From Tetragenococcus halophilus subsp. flandriensis (GTDB lineage: Bacteria > Bacillota > Bacilli > Lactobacillales > Enterococcaceae), in contig NZ_BSUG01000014.1 of the NCBI RefSeq assembly GCF_030161475.1, positions 1,148 to 25,147 on the forward strand: DNA of 24,000 bases, written 5' to 3'. The notes below the pieces were generated by a model that searched no databases, was not told the DNA's origin, and saw nothing but the letters and a program-made list of their open reading frames with translations. Made by a program: the position numbers and the translations under genes. Below are positions 9,058-18,793 of this stretch, in pieces. Position 1 is the stretch's first letter. Each line of letters starts with the position of its first letter.

Positions 9058-9885
9058 CTATTCTTTTACGGCCCCTCCAACGCTATTTATAATACGTTTT
9101 TGCCCAAATAAATAAGCGACAAGCATTGGCAACATGGCTAGAAGATAAGAAGCAAACGCTAGAGTGTAATCAGTACTAAACTCAGATTCAAAAATGTATT
9201 GTGTTAATGGAATAGTAGCCAGTTCACTCTGACCGCCTAAAATCACTAATGGTAGCATAAAATCATTCCATGTAGCTATAGTGATTAATATACCAACGGT
9301 TGCATTCATTGGCTTTAGTAAAGGAAATACGACATACCAAAAAATTTTCCATTCGCTAGCTCCGTCAACGTATGCTGCTTCTTCTAATGCAACAGGTATA
9401 GTTTTAATATAACTAACATATAAAAATAAATGGAAAGCCAAATGCATAACTAAATTCAAAATAATCATTCCAAATCTATTATCTAGGCCCCACAAGGCTG
9501 TTTGTCTCACCAATGGAAGCATAATAATAGATATGGGCACAAACATTCCGCTAACTATATAATAATAGACTACTTTTACCCATTTCTTATAGAGATTCCT
9601 TGCAATGACATACCCTACTAATGAATGCAATAATACAACTAAAATAACAGTAGGAATGGTTATTATCAAACTGTTTCCAAGTGCTCGAAAAAAATTTGTC
9701 ATTTCTATTGCATCTGTAAAATTTTGAAACGACCATGTCTCTGGCAAGGCAAGAAACGAATTTGTAGCCAATTCTTCTGTAGTCTTAAAAGCAGTGATGA
9801 TAGTTATATACAATGGAAATAAAATTGACAAACTTCCTAAAGACAAAATAATAGTACCTAACCAGTTTACTTTTTTTCTTCTCAA
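9058..9885 (-). CDS. Sugar ABC transporter permease (MalG-like)
   Basis: The EAA loop reads LEEAAYVDGASEWKIFWYVVFP. The TTG start at 9885 is supported by GGGAGGAG 7 nt upstream. Only 1 nt separates it from the upstream permease stop. Confidence 0.9.
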   Translation of the reverse strand: MRRKKVNWLGTIILSLGSLSILFPLYITIITAFKTTEELATNSFLALPETWSFQNFTDAIEMTNFFRALGNSLIITIPTVILVVLLHSLVGYVIARNLYKKWVKVVYYYIVSGMFVPISIIMLPLVRQTALWGLDNRFGMIILNLVMHLAFHLFLYVSYIKTIPVALEEAAYVDGASEWKIFWYVVFPLLKPMNATVGILITIATWNDFMLPLVILGGQSELATIPLTQYIFESEFSTDYTLAFASYLLAMLPMLVAYLFGQKRIINSVGGAVKE

Positions 9886-9886
9886 A

Positions 9887-10747
9887 TTAATTCTCCTCCC
9901 GTTCTAACACTCTAAATTGAAAGAAAGAAATCAATAATATAATAATGAAAAAGACAACAGCATTTGCAATTTGATAGGCAAATTGCCCGTCAGAAAATGC
10001 ACCTTCATAAATTAAAAAAGAAACAGATTCTGTTGCTGTACCAGGTCCTCCGTCAGTCAGAGCTACAATTTGGTCAAATGCCATTAAAAAATTCTTCATA
10101 GAAACAACTAGATTGATTGTAAAAAAGGGAATTAGTAATGGAAAAGTTATGTTTTTAAATTTAGCAAAATTAGAAGCTCCATCTATTTCTGCTGCTTCAT
10201 AAATACTTTCATCTATTGTTACTAATCCTGATAAATACAAAATCGTATTAAAAGCTGCTGCTTCCCAAACCGTGACAACCACAATACCAATCCATGCTAG
10301 ATTTTGATTACCCAAAATGTTATACCGTAAAAAATCAATATTCAAAACATCACCAAGAGCAGGAATGATTTGACTAAATATAAAGCTAAAAACGTACGCA
10401 ATAATTAATGTACCTAACATATACGGGATAAAATAAATACCTCGCAAAGTATTTGAAAACTTTATATTTGAATTTATACCAAGCGCGATCAACATACTGA
10501 TAATGTTAACTAAGATAGTTGATATAACTGAAAATCCTATTGTAAAAAAATAGGAATATCTGATTCTTGTATCTTGAAATCCTTCAATATAATTGCTTAG
10601 TCCAACAAAATCCCAGTCCCCATAACCTCTAAAATCAGTAAAACTATAAAATACACCTTGAATCAAAGGTAGTGTGTGAAACATAAAAAATAGAATAAGT
10701 GTTGGAATAATAACTATATAAAGTAGTCTATTTATTTTATTTCTCAT
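9887..10747 (-). CDS. Sugar ABC transporter permease (MalF-like)
   Basis: The EAA loop reads IYEAAEIDGASNFAKFKNITFP. The SD is AAAGGGG, 7 nt before the ATG. Confidence 0.9.
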   Translation of the reverse strand: MRNKINRLLYIVIIPTLILFFMFHTLPLIQGVFYSFTDFRGYGDWDFVGLSNYIEGFQDTRIRYSYFFTIGFSVISTILVNIISMLIALGINSNIKFSNTLRGIYFIPYMLGTLIIAYVFSFIFSQIIPALGDVLNIDFLRYNILGNQNLAWIGIVVVTVWEAAAFNTILYLSGLVTIDESIYEAAEIDGASNFAKFKNITFPLLIPFFTINLVVSMKNFLMAFDQIVALTDGGPGTATESVSFLIYEGAFSDGQFAYQIANAVVFFIIILLISFFQFRVLEREEN

Positions 10748-10766
10748 AATTTTGCCCCTTTAACTT

Positions 10767-11978
10767 TTACCATTGTTCATCCATCGACTCTAAGAAACTA
10801 TCAATATCTTTATTAATTAAAAAATCCTGTATTAAATTTTCTTCTCCAAGTGCTGCTGGATAATAATGATCTGGAAAACTTGTTAAATCATCTTCAATAA
10901 AATACGGCTGAAGATCGTCAAAAATCTCAGATTCTTGTAGTACATCTTCTAAAGTGGATGGTGTAATTTGATCATCGACATATTTTTGGTTTACTTCAGG
11001 TCTCATTAAATAATTAATAAACGTAAGAGCTTCTTCTTTATGATCAGTTTCCTCGCTCATGGCAAAAAGCATGTCTACACCCGATGTCAAACTATTTTGC
11101 TCAGGGTCATCTGTTGCAGGAAGCGGAAAAATTCCTAACTCGGCATGGGGATCATAATTTAACATATCTGGTATGGCAGAATTAATTTGAAAATAAAATA
11201 AAGCCCCATCATTTATAAAGTTAATATTTCCGGTATCATAATCAGACCCAAATATATCTCCTTCACCGTATTCAAGTAACTGCAACATTTTTTCTGCTAC
11301 CTCTCTATAATCATTCTGAAAAGAAGCCTCTCCTCTTTCCTTCTCAATATGGAAATCATCATCAACTAAAATGCTGGCTAATGCATTCCACATGGGTAAA
11401 CCAGTCCAGGCATCATTCAAAGCAAATTCAATTGGTTTAACACCTTGGTCTTGAGCAGTATCTAATAATTCTATAAATTCTGACCAAGTTCTAGGGACTT
11501 CCATATCTAACTCATTAAATAGTCTCTTATTATAGATAACACCATCTGCGTTTGCAGCATAAGGAACCCCGTAATCATTTGTTATATTTTCACCAACTAA
11601 CGGACGAAGCATTTCAATATAAGAGGGTTGTATATCTGACATAAACTCTTCATCAGTTAAATCTGCGAGTATACCTGCGTCAGCAAATTCACCATATGTA
11701 GCGTCTCCACCTAAAGACATAACATCTGGCACGTCATCTCTTACTAGTCTTGATCTAAGAACCGTGATTGGATCAGGAGGAGATTGGAAATCAACGGAAA
11801 TCTCGGGATACTCTTCTTCGAAGTCTTCAATTATATCTCGTAATATGTTAATATTTTCTCCTTTGTAAGAAAACAATTCTATTTCTACAACACCATCGGC
11901 TGCTTGCTCATTCGAGCTGCTACAACTTGTTAACATTACAGAAAAAAATAATGCTGACAACAGTAATATCTTTCTCAT
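10767..11978 (-). CDS. Sugar ABC transporter substrate-binding lipoprotein (probable alpha-galactoside/raffinose-family binding protein)
   Basis: I prefer the start at 11978 (MRKILLLSALFFSVMLTSCSSS), which has the lipobox L-T-S-C and a perfect AGGAGGAAAA SD. The track's 17-codon extension lacks an SD. The gene sits downstream of a GH36 alpha-galactosidase, as in msm/raf clusters. Confidence 0.9.
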   Translation of the reverse strand: MRKILLLSALFFSVMLTSCSSSNEQAADGVVEIELFSYKGENINILRDIIEDFEEEYPEISVDFQSPPDPITVLRSRLVRDDVPDVMSLGGDATYGEFADAGILADLTDEEFMSDIQPSYIEMLRPLVGENITNDYGVPYAANADGVIYNKRLFNELDMEVPRTWSEFIELLDTAQDQGVKPIEFALNDAWTGLPMWNALASILVDDDFHIEKERGEASFQNDYREVAEKMLQLLEYGEGDIFGSDYDTGNINFINDGALFYFQINSAIPDMLNYDPHAELGIFPLPATDDPEQNSLTSGVDMLFAMSEETDHKEEALTFINYLMRPEVNQKYVDDQITPSTLEDVLQESEIFDDLQPYFIEDDLTSFPDHYYPAALGEENLIQDFLINKDIDSFLESMDEQW

Positions 11979-12044
11979 AATTTTCCTCCTATAGCCATTT
12001 TTTAACTTTAAAATACGCTTTATTGTCACAGTTTTAACATATAA

Positions 12045-12074
12045 ATTATATTTGAACAGAAAATTTTTTATCCA
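12045..12074 (-). promoter_or_regulatory. Candidate internal promoter for the ABC genes (TGGATA-18-TATAAT)
   Basis: A perfect TATAAT is the reverse complement of 12045..12050. A 4/6 -35 match is the reverse complement of 12069..12074. The site is about 60 nt upstream of the binding-protein ATG. Confidence 0.4.
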
Positions 12075-12093
12075 CTTTGATTGATGCCAGTGA

Positions 12094-12107
12094 TGTTAGC
12101 GCTATCA
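12094..12107. promoter_or_regulatory. cre-like or LacI-family palindromic operator TGTTAGCGCTATCA
   Basis: It matches the cre consensus TGWNANCGNTNWCA at every constrained position, with a central AGCGCT. It lies between the aga stop and the binding-protein start. Confidence 0.45.
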
Positions 12108-12170
12108 AAAATAAAAATAACAAATACATTTTTTTAAATTCATCTCCATAGAATAATTAGTATTAATCGA

Positions 12171-12205
12171 TAGTAATATACGATAAAGTAACCCGTATAT
12201 TACTA
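12171..12205 (-). other. Perfect 12-bp inverted repeat immediately 3' of aga (weak terminator or processing hairpin)
   Basis: TAGTAATATACG (12171..12182) pairs with CGTATATTACTA (12194..12205) across an 11-nt loop. The stem is AT-rich and there is no clear U-tract. Confidence 0.35.
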
Positions 12206-12218
12206 TTTAATGTCTCTT

Positions 12219-14423
12219 TTATATCTTCTTTAGATGGATCATTTGCGTTTGATAATCTCCATAAAAATCTGGATAATACATACCGATAGTCATCAACTCA
12301 TCGCCGTAATATTTTTCTTTTGTCTCTACATCTTCATAAATAAATTCTTTATTCAATCCAGCTAACTTCACTTCATTAAATACAGCTTGTGCATTCGTTA
12401 AGATACGTCCTAAGAAAAGAAGCGCTTCTTTTTGGTCTTGAGAAACAAACATCCAAGCAACGGTATTTCCTTCATAGGGACTTTTTAGACGAATAAAATC
12501 ACCATATTGCACAAGTGGGCGAATTTCTTGATAATCTTGAACTTGTTCGGCTATTTCTTCTTTTTCTTCTACGCTTAATTGCTCAAGATCCAACTCATAA
12601 CCAAATACGCCACTCATCGCCACGTCGCCTCGTGTTTTTAAGCTGGTACTTCTTCCAGTTTGATGGTTAGGTGAAGCAGAAACGTGAGCAGTCATTGAAG
12701 AAATTGGATAAGCTAGACTTGTACTATACTGTATATTCATACGTTCCACTGCATCTGTGTTATCACTTGTCCAGGATTGGGGCATATAGTATAAAAATCC
12801 AGTATCAAAACGTCCGCCTCCACCGGAGCAACCTTCCCAGAGCATCTCAGGATAATCCCTAGTTAGATTTTCCAGTAGCTCATAAACACCTAGCAAATAT
12901 CGATGTGCTGTTTCTCCTTGATTTTGCGCATTCAATATAATCGAATAAGCATCCGACATATTCCGATTCATATCCCATTTCACATAGTCGATGTTAACGG
13001 TGTCAAAAATTTCACGTATTTGACTTTCTACTGCTTCTCTCACTTCTTTTCTACCCATATCTAACAGATACTGATCACGAGAAGCTGAAGGTGTCCGCCC
13101 TGGTTCTTGCATTAAATAATCAGGATGTTGTTCGTATAGCTTAGAATCAATAGAAATCATTTCGGGTTCAAGCCATAAACCAAATTTCAAACCTTTTTGA
13201 TGTACATAATCAGAAACCCCTTTTAGACCATTCGATAATTTCTCCTTATATTCAAACCAGTCGCCTAAGGATGAATCATCATTGTCTCGATGACCATACC
13301 AACCATCATCTAAAACAAACATCTCTATGCCTAGGTTTGCTGCTTCATCAACAATTTTTCCTATTTTTTCGCTAGTAAAATCAAAATAAGTTGCTTCCCA
13401 ATTATTAATTAAAATGGGACGTTGACGATCTTTGTGTTTTCCACGTGCAACACGTTCTCTTAATAAATGATGGTAGTTGTCGCTCATCTGGTTTAACCCA
13501 GAATCCGAGTACACCATAATTACTTCAGGTGTTTGAAAACTTTCTTCTGAATTCAATTGCCAAGAAAAATTATAATCATTGATTCCTACTAAAACTCGCA
13601 ATTGGTCAATTTGGTCTTTTTCAATTTCAAATGAATGATTTCCAGAATATACAAAATTTAATCCAATGGCTGGTCCAGAAAATTCATTCGTATCGTGGTT
13701 TACCAAAACGATAAAACTATTCATTTGATGACTCGTTGTTCCTCTTCGACTTTCAAAAGTTTTAATGCCAGCATTGATCTTTTCTCGCTGTAATTGTCGT
13801 TCTTGAACATGTGCTCCTGGTAAAGAAATCACTTCGTCGTATATACCACTGTTTGTTAGATCCATTTGCATAGAAGCAATCTTTTCAATACTAATTGAAT
13901 TAGCAGTCAAGTTTCTAACTTTAGTTGAACGTGTAATTGCTGAGCGATCAGAATAAATCGTATAAATTAAATCAACATATATTTCTTTTTCCCGATCTTT
14001 TATAGTTAAAACAAGCGTTTTCGCTTCTTCATCAGATTCGGTATAAACTTGTGGTAGCCCTTTTAATTCTGGTTTTCCATCTTTAATTCTATAATCAAAA
14101 TAGCGAAAGTCATGTAAATTAGAACCGCTTTCACGACGGATAATCGAAGAAGGAATCCGATAATCCATTGACCCATGACTCGAAAATTCCTGTGGAAGTG
14201 TATCTTTGGAGTATGCCCTTTCAGAATTGCCTGGAACATTACCAGAAAATCCCCTATCCCGTCTAGGATACTTTTTATGATTACTATACGATTGGAATGA
14301 TTTTCCAAAGTATAAATGACTCACTACACCGTCTTCTTCAATCTGAATTAAATAAGAAATCTCCCCATTATTTAAATGAAAAACTTTCTCCTCCTGATGA
14401 AATATTACATTTGCTTTACTCAT
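12219..14423 (-). CDS. aga: Alpha-galactosidase, glycoside hydrolase family 36
   Basis: The 734-aa ORF carries GH36 hallmarks: KWDMN (nucleophile region), CSGGGGRFD and SWTSDNTDA. The SD is AGGAGGAG. Confidence 0.93.
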   Translation of the reverse strand: MSKANVIFHQEEKVFHLNNGEISYLIQIEEDGVVSHLYFGKSFQSYSNHKKYPRRDRGFSGNVPGNSERAYSKDTLPQEFSSHGSMDYRIPSSIIRRESGSNLHDFRYFDYRIKDGKPELKGLPQVYTESDEEAKTLVLTIKDREKEIYVDLIYTIYSDRSAITRSTKVRNLTANSISIEKIASMQMDLTNSGIYDEVISLPGAHVQERQLQREKINAGIKTFESRRGTTSHQMNSFIVLVNHDTNEFSGPAIGLNFVYSGNHSFEIEKDQIDQLRVLVGINDYNFSWQLNSEESFQTPEVIMVYSDSGLNQMSDNYHHLLRERVARGKHKDRQRPILINNWEATYFDFTSEKIGKIVDEAANLGIEMFVLDDGWYGHRDNDDSSLGDWFEYKEKLSNGLKGVSDYVHQKGLKFGLWLEPEMISIDSKLYEQHPDYLMQEPGRTPSASRDQYLLDMGRKEVREAVESQIREIFDTVNIDYVKWDMNRNMSDAYSIILNAQNQGETAHRYLLGVYELLENLTRDYPEMLWEGCSGGGGRFDTGFLYYMPQSWTSDNTDAVERMNIQYSTSLAYPISSMTAHVSASPNHQTGRSTSLKTRGDVAMSGVFGYELDLEQLSVEEKEEIAEQVQDYQEIRPLVQYGDFIRLKSPYEGNTVAWMFVSQDQKEALLFLGRILTNAQAVFNEVKLAGLNKEFIYEDVETKEKYYGDELMTIGMYYPDFYGDYQTQMIHLKKI

Positions 14424-14453
14424 AATTTCTCCTCCTATTTAACAACTGTTTAC

Positions 14454-14483
14454 TTTATAATGTTTACTAAACAAAGAAGTCAA
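14454..14483 (-). promoter_or_regulatory. Sigma-A type promoter of aga (TTGACT-17/18-TTATAA/TATAAA)
   Basis: The -35 TTGACT is the reverse complement of 14478..14483. The -10 is the reverse complement of 14454..14460. The site is about 30 nt upstream of the aga SD. Confidence 0.55.
14461..14473. promoter_or_regulatory. 13-bp odd-centred palindromic operator TGTTTACTAAACA in the P_aga spacer
   Basis: The arms TGTTTA and TAAACA are perfectly symmetric around a central C. The identical 14-nt string recurs at 15549..15562. An extra half-site TGTTTAC lies at 14447..14453. Confidence 0.55.
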
Positions 14484-14512
14484 GAAAAAAAAGAGAATTT
14501 TTCAATTCTCTT
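14484..14512 (-). terminator. Rho-independent terminator of the LacI-type regulator gene
   Basis: A perfect 9-bp stem (14491..14499 pairs with 14504..14512) has a 4-nt loop and is followed by a U-tract on the minus strand. It starts 1 nt after the stop codon and abuts the -35 of P_aga. Confidence 0.65.
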
Positions 14513-14513
14513 T

Positions 14514-15530
14514 TTACGAAGGGATAAAGCTTTCTCTTACGATTAGTTTTGAAGGAAAAGTCATTATCACAGACTCGTCTCTAATATGATCAATTCTTTC
14601 TTTAGCTAAACGAACAGCTGCTCTTCCTATCTCACTAGCATTTATAGCAACAGTCGTTAAATTAGGCGTTAAAAACTCTGCAATTTCTATATCATCAAAG
14701 CTTGCAATAGCAACTTCTTTACCTACTGTTTTTTCTGCAGTTTGTAAAGAACGATATACTCCTACAGACAATGGATCACTGCCCACTAAAAGCGCCGTTG
14801 GAAATTTTTCTTCTTCTAACAAAAGTTCATCAGCCATTCTTTTTCCTTCAAGAGGTTCCCAAGCCCCTAACTTATAACAAGCTCTTAAATTTTTTTCCTG
14901 CATAAATTGTTGATAAGCACGAAGGCGTTTCTCGTTTTTATTAAACTTTTTTTCTCCTTCTTCACTCACATCAATATTATAACCACCAATATAAGCTATA
15001 TGGGTATGTCCAGCATCAACAAAAAGCTGTAAAATATATTTTGTCATCCGTTCAAAATCAGCATAAACTAAATCAGCTTCCGTCTGAATGTCTGGGTTAT
15101 CTACAACAATGACTTGAGAATTTTGTTGTTTTAATTTTTGAACAGAACTTTCGTCAACGGTTCCAATAACAATAATTGCGCCAAGTTTGTCCAAATCATG
15201 CCAAGCTTTAGGATTATCCGACAAATTATAAACTCGGTTCATCCCCAGGTGTAAGCGTCTTGCTTCTTCTTCCATCCCAGAACGTAAGTCACTAAAATAT
15301 GGATCATCAATTTCACTTTGCCTGCTAATTGTTGCAATGACACCAATTGAAGGATATCTTTTTTTTACATACTTTCGTTGATTTAGATCATAATTTAATT
15401 CTTTTACCGCTTGATAAATTTTTTCCTTGGTGGTACTTGCAACAGATAGCGTTGCATCATTATTTAATACTCGAGAAACTGTTGTTGCGCTAACACCAGC
15501 TCTTCTTGCAACATCCCTAATACCTGCCAC
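14514..15530 (-). CDS. LacI/GalR-family transcriptional regulator, probable alpha-galactoside-cluster repressor
   Basis: It has an N-terminal HTH (IRDVARRAGVSATTVSRVLNN) and a periplasmic-binding-protein-like sugar domain. I prefer the GTG at 15530 (AGGAG 9 nt upstream), giving MAGIRDVA, which parallels GalR's MATIKDIA. The track's TTG at 15539 lies immediately next to the SD. Confidence 0.9.
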   Translation of the reverse strand: MAGIRDVARRAGVSATTVSRVLNNDATLSVASTTKEKIYQAVKELNYDLNQRKYVKKRYPSIGVIATISRQSEIDDPYFSDLRSGMEEEARRLHLGMNRVYNLSDNPKAWHDLDKLGAIIVIGTVDESSVQKLKQQNSQVIVVDNPDIQTEADLVYADFERMTKYILQLFVDAGHTHIAYIGGYNIDVSEEGEKKFNKNEKRLRAYQQFMQEKNLRACYKLGAWEPLEGKRMADELLLEEEKFPTALLVGSDPLSVGVYRSLQTAEKTVGKEVAIASFDDIEIAEFLTPNLTTVAINASEIGRAAVRLAKERIDHIRDESVIMTFPSKLIVRESFIPS

Positions 15531-15548
15531 TAAACTCAACTCCTATAC

Positions 15549-15561
15549 TGTTTACTAAACA
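15549..15561. promoter_or_regulatory. Second copy of the operator TGTTTACTAAACA, at the regulator's own promoter
   Basis: It is identical to 14461..14473. It lies between the putative -10 and the SD of the regulator gene, overlapping the expected transcription start. Confidence 0.55.
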
Positions 15562-15564
15562 ACC

Positions 15565-15593
15565 ACAATATAGAAAAAACTTTCAAAAGTCAA
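15565..15593 (-). promoter_or_regulatory. Candidate promoter of the LacI-type regulator (TTGACT-17-TATTGT)
   Basis: The -35 TTGACT is the reverse complement of 15588..15593, the same hexamer as P_aga. The -10 is ambiguous: TATTGT with a 17-nt spacer or TATATT with a 15-nt spacer. Confidence 0.4.
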
Positions 15594-15628
15594 GTTAATT
15601 ACGTAAAGAAAACTTATTTATTGCCTAA

Positions 15629-16189
15629 CTAATTTATCTCTTTTACCACTTTACAAGGAGACCCATAAGCTAAGACATTTTCAGGAATGCTTTGGGTAAC
15701 CAAACTAGCCGCGCCAATGATAGAGTTTTTCCCTATATGAGTCCCGGGTAGTATAATAGCGCCTGCGCCAATCCAAACATTTTCTTCTATTGTTACTGGC
15801 AAATTGTATTGCGCATTATTTCTTCTTAATGAAGATTCAAGGGGGTGAGTCCCTGTAATGATCGTTACATTAGGGCCAATCATTGTATCATCATGAATTT
15901 CTATACGAGCGTCATCAACTAATGTAAGATTAAAATTAGCATAGACATTATCTCCTAGAAATGTGTTTTTCCCCCAATTCGCGTGCAGTGGTTGCTCAAT
16001 ATAGGTATTTGCGCCGATTTCACCAAATATTTTTTCAAGATATTCTCTTTTCTTCTGTGATTTCTCTGGTGCTAGTTGATTGAAAGAATGAAGAATCTTA
16101 CTGTATTTTAAGCTTTCCTCTTCAATTTCTGCATTCTCATAATAAATTTCTCCAGAATTCATCCGTCTTTTTATTTCATTTGTGTCCAC
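15629..16189 (-). CDS. Sugar O-acetyltransferase, left-handed beta-helix (Maa/LacA maltose/galactoside acetyltransferase family)
   Basis: The N-terminal Mac domain reads MNSGEIYY, and hexapeptide repeats follow (IGPNVTI, VWIGAGAIILPGTHIGKNSIIGAASLV). The GTG start at 16189 has GAGGTG 6 nt upstream. Confidence 0.85.
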   Translation of the reverse strand: MDTNEIKRRMNSGEIYYENAEIEEESLKYSKILHSFNQLAPEKSQKKREYLEKIFGEIGANTYIEQPLHANWGKNTFLGDNVYANFNLTLVDDARIEIHDDTMIGPNVTIITGTHPLESSLRRNNAQYNLPVTIEENVWIGAGAIILPGTHIGKNSIIGAASLVTQSIPENVLAYGSPCKVVKEIN

Positions 16190-16251
16190 CTATTTCACCT
16201 CATAACAATACCTTATTCCCAATTTTTAAACTAAGCTATTATTTTTTCTTA

Positions 16252-16290
16252 AAAATACCTAGTAACCATTGTGCGATTACTAGGTATTTT
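16252..16290 (-). terminator. Rho-independent terminator after galR
   Basis: A perfect 14-bp inverted repeat pairs AAAATACCTAGTAA with TTACTAGGTATTTT across an 11-nt loop. On the minus strand the stem ends in a U5 run. It lies 5 nt after the galR stop. Confidence 0.6.
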
Positions 16291-16294
16291 TCGT

Positions 16295-17311
<1,017 letters not shown>

Positions 17312-18793
17312 TTAAAGCGTATCTATAAAACGTTTAAAACCAGCTTGTCCTTGTTCGTCTCTTTTGAACACGCCGGCATCTTCTAATACTCGTTTGAATA
17401 CTTGGCCAACTTCTTTTTGAACGACTTCATTGACGTTTTCTTTTGTTAGACGATGATTCATTTTGATAGAATCAGCCCATTCTTTATGATAAGAAGCCAT
17501 TTCATTTTCTTCTTCTAATAAATATTTTTCTACTTCTTCTAGTTCAGTTTTCAAACGTGGCGGTAGTATAGCTAACCCCATCACTTCAATTAAACCAATA
17601 TTTTCTTTTTTAATATGTTGAACATCTTTATGTGGATGGAAAATACCATCAGGATGTTCTTTTGAAACATTGTTATCCCGAAGTACAATATCCATTTCGA
17701 AAAAATCATCTTTTTTTCTAGCGATCGGCGTTACTGTATGATGCAGTATCCCATCTTGTGAGTAAGCAGAAATATCTAATTGTTCATCTGAATAAACCGC
17801 CCATTTTGCAAAAATCTCATGAGCAGCTCTAGCAAGCTCTTCTTTATTTTTAGCCTGCAAACGAATAACAGACATCGGCCACTTTACGATTCCTGCCGTT
17901 ACATTTGGGAATTTTTCAAGTGAAAAAGAAAATTCAATTGGCGCTTTGTCCATAGCAAAAGTATGGCGTCCACCTTGGTAATGATCATGTGATAGAATTG
18001 AACCTCCTACAATGGGCAAATCAGCGTTAGAACCCATAAAATAATGAGGTAGCACTTCAATAATTTTTAGCAAACGGTCAAATGTTTGTTTCGTAATTTC
18101 CATTGGACGATGTTCTTCTGATAAAACAATACAGTGCTCGTTATAATAAGCATAAGGAGAATATTGAAAACCCCAAGATTCACCATCTAAGTTCATACGA
18201 ATAATACGGTGGTTTGTTCTTGCAGGAAAATTAGAACGGCCCTTATAGCCTTCATTTTCCATACACAACTGACACTTAGGATAGTCAAGCTGTTCAGTAT
18301 TTTTCTCCATAGCAATTTGTTTAGGGTCTTTTTCGGGCTTGGATAAATTAATAGTTATTTCTAAGCTACCATATTCGGTTTCTACAGGAAAAACAATGTT
18401 TTTAGCTATCGCTCGAGTTTTTACATAGTCATTTGTTTTACACAAATCATAAAAATAATCTGTCGCTTTTTTAGGATCTTCAGCATAAAACTGCGCAAAA
18501 AAAGCATTAACAACCGATGGTGGTGGTGTTAAAAAGTCCATTAATTGCGCGCCAAAAATTTCTTTTTCCGAAAGAGAATCCCCAATCACTTGATTTTTTT
18601 GAGCAGTAGCAATCAACTCATCCAACAATTTTGTCGATTCTTCCGGCGATTGATGGGGTTCAAGCTCTTCAAATTCAGTTTCACCGATCAGTCCTAAAAT
18701 TCGATTTTGTAAATAGACTCTATCCATTTCCATCCAGCCACCGGATGCGATAGCTAAACTTGTAAAGTCAGAAATTGTTTGACTGATCATCAT
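17312..18793 (-). CDS. galT: Galactose-1-phosphate uridylyltransferase (long Gram-positive GalT type)
   Basis: The 493-aa ORF contains the motifs [16 protein letters not shown] and [13 protein letters not shown]. An ATGA overlap with the galE stop suggests coupling. The second ATG at 18790 is an equally plausible start. Confidence 0.93.
   Translation of the reverse strand: MMISQTISDFTSLAIASGGWMEMDRVYLQNRILGLIGETEFEELEPHQSPEESTKLLDELIATAQKNQVIGDSLSEKEIFGAQLMDFLTPPPSVVNAFFAQFYAEDPKKATDYFYDLCKTNDYVKTRAIAKNIVFPVETEYGSLEITINLSKPEKDPKQIAMEKNTEQLDYPKCQLCMENEGYKGRSNFPARTNHRIIRMNLDGESWGFQYSPYAYYNEHCIVLSEEHRPMEITKQTFDRLLKIIEVLPHYFMGSNADLPIVGGSILSHDHYQGGRHTFAMDKAPIEFSFSLEKFPNVTAGIVKWPMSVIRLQAKNKEELARAAHEIFAKWAVYSDEQLDISAYSQDGILHHTVTPIARKKDDFFEMDIVLRDNNVSKEHPDGIFHPHKDVQHIKKENIGLIEVMGLAILPPRLKTELEEVEKYLLEEENEMASYHKEWADSIKMNHRLTKENVNEVVQKEVGQVFKRVLEDAGVFKRDEQGQAGFKRFIDTL

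Noticed and set aside
9058-12029. An impression that the minus-strand ABC genes are more AT-rich than their neighbours, which could indicate horizontal acquisition.
   Set aside because: Spot counts of a few 60-nt lines gave overlapping GC values inside and outside the region. Membrane-protein codon bias explains local AT richness. I cannot compute a proper window statistic, and no mobility genes or flanking repeats are present.
12046-12129. A 27-aa hydrophobic minus-strand ORF (MYLLFLFLIALTSLASIKVDKKFSVQI) in the aga-to-transporter gap.
   Set aside because: The nearest SD-like GGAGA is 13 nt from the ATG, which is too far. The ORF spans the cre-like site and the predicted -10 of the internal promoter. 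The AT-rich sequence easily produces such ORFs by chance.
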